Program-made: the position numbers and the translations under genes | In this document: one piece after another, positions 1-9,718 of the stretch | How the letters are laid out: every line of letters starts with the position of its first letter | Numbering within the stretch: the first letter of the stretch is position 1 | The notes under the pieces: model-generated | Databases searched by the model: none | Told to the model about the DNA's origin: nothing | The model's input: the letters and a program-made list of their open reading frames with translations, nothing else | Assembly: GCA_030689595.1 (NCBI GenBank) | Contig: JAUYHP010000031.1 | Span: 86,666-150,665 of the forward strand | DNA length: 64,000 nucleotides | Reading direction: 5' to 3' | DNA from: a bacterium | Lineage (GTDB): Bacteria > Patescibacteriota > Minisyncoccia > UBA6257 > WO2-44-18

Positions 1-180
1 GAGGTCATCCCATATCTCGGCGCTCTACCGTTTAAGACCGTCGGCGTAGCGACTGTAGCTTGGATAGATAGCCATCCGACAAGTGCCATCGCTAAAACTG
101 CTCAGGTAGCTAGTATCAAAAAGCCGGTATCAAAACCAACAGCAGTGCCAAAAATTGATAGCGTTATTAAAAAAGCAGCA
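1..180 (+). CDS. C-terminal fragment of an unknown protein, cut by the window edge
   Basis: Frame 1 is open from position 1 to TAA at 178-180 (…IDSVIKKAA*). No family recognised. Confidence 0.3.
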
Positions 181-189
181 TAATATAAC

Positions 190-864
190 ATGACCTCACT
201 AATCAAAAAAATCGCTGGGAATAATATATACTGGATCGGCGCATTAGTAATGCTAACTACTGGCTACGCTATAACAGTTAATAGCCAAACAGCTCCGCAA
301 TTTATAACCAGCTGGAAAGCTAACAGCTATGTGCCCGCCGAATATATTGGCAAGGCCCTGCCAACGCGCGACACTGGAGTTGATGTGGCTTTTGATTTAA
401 TCCACAATAATCGCGCCGTTAATTTAACGCAAACAGAAGTACGCTGGTATTTAAATAACAAATTTCAAACATCCGGCCTTGGTCTAACTAATTTCGATTT
501 CGATGTCAGTAATATTACTCACAGCTCACAAACTATAAGAATCGTCGTTATGGACTACAATGGCGCCGACTTAACAAAGAGCGTAATAATACCAGTAGCC
601 GACCCGCAGGTGACTATGGTGAAGATTGCAAATAATGAATATAAAGCCCTGCCTTATTTCTTTAATATAGCGTCGTTGGGAGATCTGGATTTTCAATGGT
701 CAGCTAACGGCATAGTAGCTACTTCCGATGAAAGACCAGATACCTTAACTGTTAATATACAAGGCGGATCGTTGGGCGCTACAATAAATATATCTCTTTC
801 CGTAAAAAGTTTGATCGACTCTATCGAAAGAGCTGCTAAATCAATAATAGTTTCTATAAAATAA
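190..864 (+). CDS. Hypothetical membrane-anchored or secreted protein
   Basis: 224-aa ORF with an N-terminal hydrophobic anchor (IYWIGALVMLTTGYAI). Its stop overlaps the next start (ATGA), suggesting an operon. No homology recognised. Confidence 0.5.
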   Translation: MTSLIKKIAGNNIYWIGALVMLTTGYAITVNSQTAPQFITSWKANSYVPAEYIGKALPTRDTGVDVAFDLIHNNRAVNLTQTEVRWYLNNKFQTSGLGLTNFDFDVSNITHSSQTIRIVVMDYNGADLTKSVIIPVADPQVTMVKIANNEYKALPYFFNIASLGDLDFQWSANGIVATSDERPDTLTVNIQGGSLGATINISLSVKSLIDSIERAAKSIIVSIK

Positions 865-1235
865 TGAATATACTAAAAAAAATATCTGCACTTCTATACG
901 TTTCCCTAATAACCGGCATTGCTAGGGCAGACCAAGTAGATGTCCTACCCAACCCACCAACTGGCGAAAGCGCGGTGGCCGGAGGTTTAGTGGGGTACAT
1001 AGTCGATATATATAGATTCAGCCTTTACCTAGGCGGTTTTCTGGCGTTAGGGGCAATAGTTTGGGGCGCCATCGAATGGACAACTTCAGGCGGTAATCCA
1101 TCCAAATTGGCTGAAGCCAAGGATAGAATTATGAGTGCTATCTATGGCTTGATATTGCTATTGGCCGCTTACTTAATCCTATTTACCATCAATCCTGACC
1201 TAGCAACGCTTAAACCATTGATAACGCCTAAATAA
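864..1235 (+). CDS. TrbC/VirB2-like pilin (type IV secretion-type pilin family common in CPR)
   Basis: 123 aa. A signal peptide (…ITGIARA) is followed by two hydrophobic helices separated by a short polar loop (TTSGGNPSKLAEAKDRIMS). This is the VirB2/TrbC topology. There is no type IV pilin N-terminal G/FTLIE motif. Confidence 0.5.
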   Translation: MNILKKISALLYVSLITGIARADQVDVLPNPPTGESAVAGGLVGYIVDIYRFSLYLGGFLALGAIVWGAIEWTTSGGNPSKLAEAKDRIMSAIYGLILLLAAYLILFTINPDLATLKPLITPK

Positions 1236-1237
1236 TA

Positions 1238-2359
1238 ATGAAGGGTCTTAATAAAATCTGGTTAATCATCATTATCGCTTCCGTGATAATCATTGGTGTG
1301 GCGCTATATTTTAGCTGGCAATTTATATTCCCAACAGAAACTCCTACGCCAACCCCAACCAATAATACCGGCACGCTACCGAACGGTGATGATGCTGGGC
1401 TCACTCCACCCACCCAAGCCAACGACCAATCTACAGCGACTCGACAAAAATTGAGCATTATCTCTAAATCTCAAGCGTCTCACTACTGGGTTGAAAGAGA
1501 ATCAAATGAGGTTTTCTACTTCGACACCGATGGGTTCCTGCATAAGATAGGCCAGAATCAAGATATTAAATTAGATATGCAAGCTATAAATAATATCGCC
1601 TGGGTGAAGTCATCGGCCGATGGCAAAATGACGATTGTAAGCTTTGGATCGCCCAATGCCACTTTAGTTATATTCGACACAGAATCATCGACTTATAAAC
1701 AACTACCGAATAATACTACTAGCTCTGCTTGGGATCCTGAGTCTAATAATCGAGTGGCAATTTTAAGACAAAACAATTCAGATAGCATAATAAGCATATT
1801 TAATATAAGCACCGGCCGAATATCTAATATAGTTAGCTTGACCCAATACGATTTAGAAGTTGATTGGCCCTTGGCAAATAAAATCCATCTAGCATCTAAG
1901 CCGTCAGCTAATTACAACTCTTCATTGTGGTCAGTAGATACTAGCAATGGCCGCGTGCAAAATATTATCAGCGATCTATCAGGCCTAATGACTAAATGGT
2001 CACCAGATGGCCAGTCAGGATTAATGTTCGCCGCTAAATCATTCCAGTTAATAGATGCTAGCGGCAATAGTCTTATTAGATGGGGCTTCGTTACGCTTCC
2101 TAGTAAATGCACTATGGGCAATTCACGAGGTTATTGCGCTGTGCCAAAATCCGTATCCGGGGCCACCTTACCAGACGACTATCTACAAAAGAGCAAGGCC
2201 CTTGATGATAATATTTACGAGGTGGACTTCGCCACTGGCATAGCCACGATCGTGCTAGAGACAGAGCAAGTAATCGACGCCGATCTAGTTTCTTTCAACA
2301 AAAACAGCCTGTTCTTCATAAACAGACTGGATGGTTTTCTGTATAAACTGGCTCTTTAA
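1238..2359 (+). CDS. Secreted TolB-like PD40 beta-propeller repeat protein with a Pro/Thr-rich linker
   Basis: 373 aa with an N-terminal TM helix and a PTETPTPTPTNNTGT linker. Repeated segments end in SPDG/WDPE-type motifs (TKWSPDGQS), characteristic of PD40/TolB propellers. Confidence 0.55.
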   Translation: MKGLNKIWLIIIIASVIIIGVALYFSWQFIFPTETPTPTPTNNTGTLPNGDDAGLTPPTQANDQSTATRQKLSIISKSQASHYWVERESNEVFYFDTDGFLHKIGQNQDIKLDMQAINNIAWVKSSADGKMTIVSFGSPNATLVIFDTESSTYKQLPNNTTSSAWDPESNNRVAILRQNNSDSIISIFNISTGRISNIVSLTQYDLEVDWPLANKIHLASKPSANYNSSLWSVDTSNGRVQNIISDLSGLMTKWSPDGQSGLMFAAKSFQLIDASGNSLIRWGFVTLPSKCTMGNSRGYCAVPKSVSGATLPDDYLQKSKALDDNIYEVDFATGIATIVLETEQVIDADLVSFNKNSLFFINRLDGFLYKLAL

Positions 2360-2790
2360 AGTTCTAGAGGTTTTATTACCACATATCGCCCCGGACCTTC
2401 TCCGGCGCTTTCGGTTTTAATGTCAGGCCTGGCAGCTAATTCGACATGGACCAATCGTCGTTCATAAGAATTCATCGCCGGCAATTGCACCTCTTCCTTG
2501 TTAAGTAAAACCTTGCGCGCAGCTGCCTTAGCTAGTTCAACGATCAACTTCTCCCTCTCAACGCAATAATTATTAACATCAACAAAGATCCTATCCACAT
2601 TTTCTTTCTTGGCCATTAATTTGGCTAGATGATCAAAATTAGAAACCAGCTGAGGCACCCACTCTTTTATCCAATCGCCTTCATTAATGAAAATAGCTAC
2701 CTTATTATTATCCGAATCGTGATTGACGCTAAAATCAGCAAAACCAATCAGCTCAAGAGATTTTTTTATTTTCACCACTATTGTTTCCAT
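2356..2790 (-). CDS. khpB: Jag/KhpB-like R3H RNA-binding protein
   Basis: 144 aa with a C-terminal R3H-type motif (SYERRLVHVELA). Sits in the conserved rpmH-rnpA-yidC-jag cluster. Confidence 0.7.
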   Translation of the reverse strand: METIVVKIKKSLELIGFADFSVNHDSDNNKVAIFINEGDWIKEWVPQLVSNFDHLAKLMAKKENVDRIFVDVNNYCVEREKLIVELAKAAARKVLLNKEEVQLPAMNSYERRLVHVELAARPDIKTESAGEGPGRYVVIKPLEL

Positions 2791-3490
2791 AAACTTGTTT
2801 ATTTATATAATACTGCTGGCAGATCGAAAAAATTGACGTTGTTAGCCAATAAAGGCCGACGGCAGCTGGTAATCCGCGCAAAATGATAAAAGTAAGTAAT
2901 GGGCCTATAAAGACCATTTGCCGCCCCATACTGACAGCTATCGATTTGGGCTGATCCTTCTTGTTCTTATCAACCTTAGCTAAACTAATTTTACCTTGCC
3001 AATATTGGAATATGGCAGCTAAGACAACAATTAACATACTTGGCATAGCCAAGTCAATGCCGCCCAAAAATAGGGGATCGATGTGCATCGGAGCGACCAT
3101 AAAGCTATAAAGATCGCTTAAACTCTCATCGGAAAGCCCAGTGATAAATACCCGATAAAGGGCTATAAGGATAGGAAGTTGGATAAAGATCATCAAAAAG
3201 CCAGAGAACGGGTTAACTTTGTGCTCTTTATATAAAGCCATCAAGGCCTGTGCCTGCTTCTCTCTATTGTCCTTGTGATCATGCTGTATCTTCTGTATCT
3301 CTGGCTGTAATTTCTGCATTATAGTCTGGTTCTTAAAGCTCTTGTAAAATAGCGGCAGCAAAATAAAACGGATGATGACCGTCAATAAAATAATGGCTAA
3401 TCCTAGATCGGCTAAGGTAATGTGTTGATATAAAAATATCAATGCATTAAATAGCGGTCGGTATAATATTTCGTGAAATAGATTAGACAT
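2753..3490 (-). CDS. yidC: Membrane protein insertase YidC (short form)
   Basis: 245 aa polytopic membrane protein immediately downstream of rnpA. YidC-like conserved core. Confidence 0.85.
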   Translation of the reverse strand: MSNLFHEILYRPLFNALIFLYQHITLADLGLAIILLTVIIRFILLPLFYKSFKNQTIMQKLQPEIQKIQHDHKDNREKQAQALMALYKEHKVNPFSGFLMIFIQLPILIALYRVFITGLSDESLSDLYSFMVAPMHIDPLFLGGIDLAMPSMLIVVLAAIFQYWQGKISLAKVDKNKKDQPKSIAVSMGRQMVFIGPLLTFIILRGLPAAVGLYWLTTSIFSICQQYYINKQVYGNNSGENKKIS

Positions 3491-3821
3491 TGAGGCGTGG
3501 GTTTGTTTTAGTTTTTAAAGCGTACTCAAGTGCAGTAATTAAATCGTCTTTGGAGACTTTGGCAGAAACTGGCAGCAAAATTATCAAATAATCATTGACT
3601 ACCAAGCGCTGATAATTATCCCTAGCAAAATTAAAGATTAAACGCCTGAGACTATTACGGCCTGAGGCTTTGCTGGCTACTTTTTTACTAACCACAATAC
3701 CTAAGCGCGCGTAAGATTTTTCCGGCTTAAATATTTTGAGTGTAAAATATTTAGTGCGCGTGTTTTGACTAGATTTTCTATAAAATTCCTGGATGGGTAA
3801 TCGGAATTTTTTAGCCAACAT
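3483..3821 (-). CDS. rnpA: Ribonuclease P protein component
   Basis: 112-aa basic protein (…KKFRLP…SKKVASKASGRNSLRR…) between rpmH and yidC. Confidence 0.8.
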   Translation of the reverse strand: MLAKKFRLPIQEFYRKSSQNTRTKYFTLKIFKPEKSYARLGIVVSKKVASKASGRNSLRRLIFNFARDNYQRLVVNDYLIILLPVSAKVSKDDLITALEYALKTKTNPRLNV

Positions 3822-3833
3822 AAGTCGAATCCA

Positions 3834-3968
3834 CTAAGCGGTTAATTTGCTGCGCCCCTTGCGTCGCTTGGCTTTAATCACACGCTGTCCACCGTGGGTT
3901 CGATTGCGTTTTAAAAAACCGTGCGTCCGACGTCTTTTTCGTTTTTTGGGTTGATACGTTGTAGACAT
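3834..3968 (-). CDS. rpmH: 50S ribosomal protein L34
   Basis: Not in the ORF track (under 60 aa). Reverse-strand translation is [44 protein letters not shown], matching the L34 consensus (MKRTYQPS…RTHGFR…). ATG complement at 3966-3968, stop at 3834-3836. Confidence 0.85.
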   Translation of the reverse strand: MSTTYQPKKRKRRRTHGFLKRNRTHGGQRVIKAKRRKGRSKLTA

Positions 3969-4222
3969 AAACCTGGAGATTGATTATCGAACCTTTATAA
4001 TAATTATGGCCTATTACCAATTCTGAAGCCACCCAAAATTGAATGATGTGGTGGCTTTACTATAACAACAATGATAAGCTTATGTTGATATTTTGGCAAA
4101 TCCAAAAAGTCATAATAGTTTTCCACAGAAAGTGCACAGTTTATTCGATTTGGCCATTTGCCCTCCGACAACATAGTGCATTAAAATTAGTTTTACGACT
4201 TATTAATAGTTTTCAAATTCAA
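3969..4222. promoter_or_regulatory. rpmH/dnaA divergent intergenic region with DnaA-box-like sites
   Basis: Contains TTTTCCACA (one mismatch to the TTATCCACA DnaA box) upstream of the dnaA start. Probably holds the dnaA promoter and autoregulatory boxes. Confidence 0.3.
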
Positions 4223-5587
4223 ATGGACCTCAACGAATTTTGGCAAACCGCTTTAACAGATATAGAACTACAGATCTCAAGGCCTAATTTTATTACCTGG
4301 CTTAAAAACAGCCAATTAGTTGATAAAAAAGATGGCATGGCGTTAGTTTCTCTACCAAATAACTTTGCCAAGAATTGGGTCCAAAACAAATACCATAAAA
4401 TCATCTTAGGTACCTTAAGAAATTTGGACGACGCCACTAAAAATGTTGAATATATAGTACAAACCTCGGGTGGTGTTGAGGTCTTGAAGACAAAGTCCAA
4501 TAAAAAGGCGGTGATGTCGGATACGTCTGGCCAGCAGGCATTCCCAGAGATGAAAATAGATCCAGAAACCAATCTTAATCCTCGCTATACTATAAATTCT
4601 TTTGTAGTGGGTAAAAGCAACGAGCTTGCGTACGCAGCAGCTACATCTATAATAAAATCTGTTGGCAACAAATACAATCCGCTTTTTATCTATGGTGGAG
4701 TTGGTGTTGGAAAAACACATTTAATGCAATCTATAGGTAATGAAATAAAGAGTGTTTATCAAAATCGATTGCGCATAAAATATATCTCATCAGAAAAATT
4801 TACCAACGAGGTTATTTGGGGGATCAAAAATAAGCGCATGGAAACGGTTAAAGATAAATATCGACTGATAGACGTTTTGATCGTCGACGATATCCAATTC
4901 ATAGGCGGCAAGGAAAGGACGGAGGAAGAATTTTTCCATACCTTTAATGCTTTATATGAAGACAACAAGCAAATCATACTATCCTCCGATAAACCTCCGC
5001 GCTTCATACCGACTCTACACGAACGCCTAAAATCTAGATTTGAAGGTGGAATGGTTGTAGATATCGGTTATCCGGATTATGAGCTTAAGGTAGCGGTTTT
5101 AAGGAATAAATTAAGCGATAAAGGCGTGATCCTCAAGGATGACATTATTAACACTATCGCCACCCGAGTTAGCAAAAATCTAAGGATTATGGACGGCATA
5201 CTTAATAGAGTGCTCTTTTACCAACACGCCAAGAATCAAGAGATAACACACAAAATAGCCGAACAAATCATAGATGAGGTTATTCAGGAGCCATCGCGCA
5301 ACATAAGCCCTAATGAAGTGGTTAAGGCTGTAGCTGAAGCTTTTGACGTGTCTTCTACAGACTTAGTAAGTCGTTCCCGTAAAAAAGAGCTCGTTTTAGC
5401 CAGACAAGTGGCTATGTATCTATTAAGAGATTTGTTGGCGATGTCTTACCCATTTATTGGTGAGCGACTGGGTAAGAGAGATCATACCACTGCTATGTAT
5501 GCCCACCAGAAGATATCTAATGATATAAACAGAAATACATCTTTAATGCAGAAAATTATATCCATCAAAGATACTGTTAGTAAGTAG
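4223..5587 (+). CDS. dnaA: Chromosomal replication initiator DnaA
   Basis: Walker A GGVGVGKTHL, a AAA+ domain and a C-terminal DNA-binding helix region. The true start is probably MDLNEFWQ at 4223; the ORF-track start at 4043 adds an implausible 60-aa extension. Confidence 0.95.
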   Translation: MDLNEFWQTALTDIELQISRPNFITWLKNSQLVDKKDGMALVSLPNNFAKNWVQNKYHKIILGTLRNLDDATKNVEYIVQTSGGVEVLKTKSNKKAVMSDTSGQQAFPEMKIDPETNLNPRYTINSFVVGKSNELAYAAATSIIKSVGNKYNPLFIYGGVGVGKTHLMQSIGNEIKSVYQNRLRIKYISSEKFTNEVIWGIKNKRMETVKDKYRLIDVLIVDDIQFIGGKERTEEEFFHTFNALYEDNKQIILSSDKPPRFIPTLHERLKSRFEGGMVVDIGYPDYELKVAVLRNKLSDKGVILKDDIINTIATRVSKNLRIMDGILNRVLFYQHAKNQEITHKIAEQIIDEVIQEPSRNISPNEVVKAVAEAFDVSSTDLVSRSRKKELVLARQVAMYLLRDLLAMSYPFIGERLGKRDHTTAMYAHQKISNDINRNTSLMQKIISIKDTVSK

Positions 5588-5813
5588 TGCAATAAAGCAC
5601 GGATAACTTATTTATAATCGGTGATTAAAATATAATAACTTTAACAAAACATTAATAAATCATAAAAGTTATTATATTTAATTAATAGGTTTTCCACAAA
5701 AAGTTAACGATTTATAAAACAATTTAGCCAAGAAAGGCCAGTTAAACAGATGATTATTAGACTTATTAACAAAAAACGGGCTAGCTAACTATGACTACTA
5801 TTTCTATATATTA
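5588..5813. promoter_or_regulatory. Candidate oriC: AT-rich DNA-unwinding region with DnaA-box-like sites between dnaA and dnaN
   Basis: 226 bp that is extremely AT-rich. Contains TTTTCCACA and a TTATCCGTG-like box. This is the classic dnaA-dnaN origin position. Confidence 0.5.
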
Positions 5814-6929
5814 ATGAAACTAATAGTGTTGAAGACCAACTTAAAGGAGGGCCTATCGGCTGTGGAAAAAGCTATCGGAGACGGTAGCGCTAAATTGCCG
5901 ATTCTTAAAAATGTATTACTCAAGGCACAGGGCAATAAAATAAAACTAACCACAACCAATTTAGAATTAGGTATAGAGAAAATAGTTTCGGCTAAAATAA
6001 TCAAAGACGGGGGAATAACCATACCACTTAGCACTTTTCATAATTTAGTTAGTAACAGCGATAACGAAAAGATAAATTTAGAAGTAAAAGATGATAACCT
6101 TACTTTTAAGACCGATAATTATGAGGCCAAGATTCAAGGCATAAAAGAAGAGGAGTTTCCTATTATGCCAAAAATTGATAATAAGGATAGTTTTATAGAG
6201 ATAAAATCAGAAATATTTAAGGAATATTTAAATCGAGTTGTTAATGCAGCCCAGGTATCGGAAATAAGACCAGAAATAAGCGGTGTGTTGCTTGATTTTC
6301 AAATAACTTTATTAAAGTTGGCAGCTACAGATAGTTTTCGTTTAGCTGAGGCCACGATTATAGATAAATATTTCAAGTCTAATTTTAAACAAGGATTCAA
6401 GATAACTATTCCACTCAAAACCGTTCAGGAGGTTTTAAGAATCTTTCCAGATGACCAGTATATTAAAATAGGGATCGACCCCAATCAGATACTTTTTGCT
6501 AGCGACGGCTTAGAGCTTATTTCTAGATTAATAGATGGAAATTATCCTGACTATGATCAAATAATACCGCAAGATTTTGACACAGAACTTAATATTAAAA
6601 AAGATTCCTTAGTCGGAGCTATAAAGTTGGTTAGTAATTTTAGCGGCAAAATCAATGATATTAAATTGAGGTTTGCTGACGATAGTAAAAATTTAGAGAT
6701 TTATTCAGCTAACAGCCAACTAGGTGAAAATAATTATTTTATACCAGCCAAAATGACTGGCGTTGGTTTCGAAGACGTTTCCTTTAATTGGCGTTATTTG
6801 TTAGACGGACTAAAAACTACTAATTCGGAAAACGTAATATTTGGCTTGAACGGTGATAACCGGCCGGCAATAATAAAATCTACTAGTGACAATTCGTATT
6901 TTTATATATTAATGCCGATAAAGGTATAG
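5814..6929 (+). CDS. dnaN: DNA polymerase III beta sliding clamp
   Basis: 371 aa directly downstream of dnaA. Three-domain clamp-like periodicity. Confidence 0.9.
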   Translation: MKLIVLKTNLKEGLSAVEKAIGDGSAKLPILKNVLLKAQGNKIKLTTTNLELGIEKIVSAKIIKDGGITIPLSTFHNLVSNSDNEKINLEVKDDNLTFKTDNYEAKIQGIKEEEFPIMPKIDNKDSFIEIKSEIFKEYLNRVVNAAQVSEIRPEISGVLLDFQITLLKLAATDSFRLAEATIIDKYFKSNFKQGFKITIPLKTVQEVLRIFPDDQYIKIGIDPNQILFASDGLELISRLIDGNYPDYDQIIPQDFDTELNIKKDSLVGAIKLVSNFSGKINDIKLRFADDSKNLEIYSANSQLGENNYFIPAKMTGVGFEDVSFNWRYLLDGLKTTNSENVIFGLNGDNRPAIIKSTSDNSYFYILMPIKV

Positions 6930-6949
6930 TTTATTTTGAATAAACTATA
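6925..6949. terminator. AT-rich palindromic hairpin overlapping the convergent dnaN and PBP stop codons
   Basis: tatagtttatt-ttg-aataaactata, an 11-bp perfect stem, followed by a T-run. Confidence 0.3.
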
Positions 6950-9384
6950 ATTTCTTTTTCAGAAATATTATTTAAATTATCACTGGCGATAATTTTAAGT
7001 AGGTTTTGTTGTTTCGGGAGTAGATTGGAGAAAGTTAGCTTATAATTTTCATGTGTTGAGTTGCTGGTTGTGGATGTGTTTAGTAAATTTCCATTGAAAT
7101 GAACTTCTATCTTAGATAGTGGCTTAATGCTAGTTACTTGAAATTCTACGTCTAATTTATTATCAATAAAATCTCCAGCTAATGGCGATATTATTTGTAT
7201 ATAGGGTTTGTCGGTTCTAATGACTCCGGAATTATCTACAGAAGCTCCGCTGGGTACTATCTGATTATAACTATCGAAATTTATAATATTTCCCATAGCC
7301 CAATTAATAACCGGTTCCTCCCAATTATCAAACTGTGCTGAATTGCGATCTATGTAGTATAAGAGATTGTGTATTTGAGGATATATTTTACCACCAGCTA
7401 CATAGTTTATAATATGTTGCCCATTAAGCATTGGTCTTTGTTGTGCGGCTGGCTCTGGTGGAGTGAATGTTTCGGCTGGTCTAGTTTTTAGAGCTTCTAC
7501 TAGAAAGTTATGCCACATTGGTATAGCAGCCAGAATACTACCAGCTCGCCTTTGCATCGGCTCGTTATTGTTGTTACCAGCCCACACACCAACCACCAAT
7601 GATGGATTGTAGCCAATGGCCCAAGCGTCGCGATAATCGTTCGTCGTTCCGGTTTTTAAGGCTACCTGATATCCTGGGTATACAGTTAGGTTTAGGCTGC
7701 TAGAGAACAATGCCGATCGGGCTTCCACGTCGGATAATACATCGTTTATCAAGCGGGTGTATTGTGGCTCAATGACTTGGTTGACCTCATCTTTATAGGT
7801 TTCTCTGATTCTGTTTTTGCCATCTTTTATTTCCAAAATTAATGACTGCTTGTGTGCTTTGCCCTCTTGGGCGAAAACGGAATAGGCGCCAACTAATTCT
7901 ATTAACTTGATCTCACCACCACCTAGAACCAAAGAGAGTCCATACCTACTTCTCTCGGTTAGGGTCTTTATGCCAAAATCTTTGGCCAAGTTGAGGACGT
8001 TGTCTATGCCGGCTAAATATAAAGTTTTTACCGATGGTACGTTAATTGATTGGGCTAATGAGTTTCTAAGACTTACTGGTCCTCGGAAAAATTCATCAAA
8101 GTTATGTGGGTGGAAGCAACTATCTTCATTGTTAGAAAAGTCTACAGTTAGTGGGCATTTAGGATTACTGGCAGCGAATTCAGTTGGCACATCAAAAACT
8201 ATCGTTTCAGGTGAGTAACCTTTTTGAAAAGCAGCGACATAGGCTAGGGGTTTCATCGCTGATCCTGGTTGGCGCAAGCCTTGTGTCGCAACATTAAAAT
8301 TTCCCTCAAAGCGACAGTCTATACCTGGGCGACAATTTTCAGGCTCTGGTGGGGCAAAGTAGTCTTTAGATCCGACTAACGCCAAAACCTGTCCTGTGTT
8401 GGCGTCTTGAGCTACTAAAGCAGCATTGTGTCCTGAATATAGATTTTTATTTCTTTCAGCCCCCTCCCTGACGACGCGCTCAGCTAGTTGTTGCAATTCC
8501 CAATCAAGGGTGGTTATGACCTTGAACCCACTAGTGCGAACTACGTCTTCGCCGAATTGTTCGTTAAGATATTCCTGAATGGTTATAACAAAATGTGGGG
8601 CCCTTAATCCAACCGATTGTGGTGCAAACTCGAAGTTATATTTTTGAGCCGATAATTTCTCATTTTCTGTGATATAGCCGGCTTCATGCATCCTATCTAG
8701 AACTAAATCTTTTCTAGCCATCAAGTCGCTAATGTGTGAGCCGTATGGAGAATAATAAGATGGTGCTTGTGGCAGGCTAGCTAATAGGGCGGCTTCCGGT
8801 ATGGTGAGATCTTGGGCAGTTTTTTCGAAGAATGTTTGACTGGCCGCCTCGACGCCATAGGCATTAGATCCATAAGGTATTTGGTTAAGATAAAGATTCA
8901 GAATTTCATCTTTGGTGAACCTTTTTTCTAATCTGAAAGATAAAGCCAGTTCTTTTATCTTGCGAGTGATGGTTTTTTCTGGGGTGAGAAAAGCGTTTTT
9001 GGCTAGTTGTTGGGTTATGGTTGATCCACCTTGTGATCCCCAGCCGCGAGAAATATTTTTCAATACAGCTCTAAAAATTGATTTTAAATCAAAAGCTGGA
9101 TGTTCGTAAAAATTTACATCCTCGATAGCTATAGTGGCTTGTTTAATATAATCGGGTATTTCATCAAATGATATTACGGTTCGTCGTTCTTCGCCGTGTA
9201 TTTCGTATAACAACACCTCCCCAGTTCGATCATATACCTTAGTTGATTCGGCTACTTGTCTGTTTTCTAACAGTTCTGGGTTAGGTAAGTCTTTTATAAT
9301 AATTACAAAATATATAGCCCCAATAGCCAATAAGGCCAATAAAGCTGCCGATATTTTATAAGCTAGTTTTATAGTTCTCTTCAT
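6931..9384 (-). CDS. Class A penicillin-binding protein (PBP1A-type transglycosylase/transpeptidase)
   Basis: 817 aa. N-terminal TM helix, GT51 motifs (EDVNFYEHPAFD, GGSTITQQLAKN), a transpeptidase region and a C-terminal Ig-like extension. Confidence 0.85.
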   Translation of the reverse strand: MKRTIKLAYKISAALLALLAIGAIYFVIIIKDLPNPELLENRQVAESTKVYDRTGEVLLYEIHGEERRTVISFDEIPDYIKQATIAIEDVNFYEHPAFDLKSIFRAVLKNISRGWGSQGGSTITQQLAKNAFLTPEKTITRKIKELALSFRLEKRFTKDEILNLYLNQIPYGSNAYGVEAASQTFFEKTAQDLTIPEAALLASLPQAPSYYSPYGSHISDLMARKDLVLDRMHEAGYITENEKLSAQKYNFEFAPQSVGLRAPHFVITIQEYLNEQFGEDVVRTSGFKVITTLDWELQQLAERVVREGAERNKNLYSGHNAALVAQDANTGQVLALVGSKDYFAPPEPENCRPGIDCRFEGNFNVATQGLRQPGSAMKPLAYVAAFQKGYSPETIVFDVPTEFAASNPKCPLTVDFSNNEDSCFHPHNFDEFFRGPVSLRNSLAQSINVPSVKTLYLAGIDNVLNLAKDFGIKTLTERSRYGLSLVLGGGEIKLIELVGAYSVFAQEGKAHKQSLILEIKDGKNRIRETYKDEVNQVIEPQYTRLINDVLSDVEARSALFSSSLNLTVYPGYQVALKTGTTNDYRDAWAIGYNPSLVVGVWAGNNNNEPMQRRAGSILAAIPMWHNFLVEALKTRPAETFTPPEPAAQQRPMLNGQHIINYVAGGKIYPQIHNLLYYIDRNSAQFDNWEEPVINWAMGNIINFDSYNQIVPSGASVDNSGVIRTDKPYIQIISPLAGDFIDNKLDVEFQVTSIKPLSKIEVHFNGNLLNTSTTSNSTHENYKLTFSNLLPKQQNLLKIIASDNLNNISEKEIIVYSK

Positions 9385-9408
9385 ACCAGAATATGTTAAC
9401 CAAGTTTA

Positions 9409-9446
9409 ATAATAAATCAAAACCCCCTCGAACACACGCCAAGGGG
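9409..9446 (-). terminator. Intrinsic terminator downstream of the small acidic ORF
   Basis: ccccct-N13-aggggg hairpin followed, on the minus strand, by TTTTGATTTATT. Confidence 0.4.
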
Positions 9447-9454
9447 GCTATGAT

Positions 9455-9592
9455 TTAATAATTGTCTACTTCGCCCTCTAACAATTCGTTGTCGGCTTCT
9501 GGATCGTTTAGATCTATGGCTTCGCCCAATTCGTCTAGATCTTCATCTAGCACTTCTTTATCGTGGCTTAGCCCTTCAAGCGATGACCCCAT
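9455..9592 (-). CDS. Small, highly acidic hypothetical protein (45 aa)
   Basis: MGSSLEGLSHDKEVLDEDLDELGEAIDLNDPEADNELLEGEVDNY* on the minus strand. Below the ORF-track size cut-off. Followed by a terminator hairpin; no clear RBS. Confidence 0.25.
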   Translation of the reverse strand: MGSSLEGLSHDKEVLDEDLDELGEAIDLNDPEADNELLEGEVDNY

Positions 9593-9718
9593 ATTTTATG
9601 AACTTTGTGTTGTTCACGACCTTTATTTTGTTAAATACTAATAGGCTTAATAATAGTTCAGGCCATTGTATAATTAAATACTTCTGACTGTCAATACTTT
9701 GGTCTTGTCGGGTGTAGA

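Noticed and set aside
4043-4222. N-terminal 60-aa extension of dnaA in the ORF track (MMWWLYYNNND…)
   Set aside because: Odd composition. The canonical DnaA N-terminus starts at the internal Met (MDLNEFWQ) at 4223. The upstream segment is more likely promoter and DnaA-box DNA.
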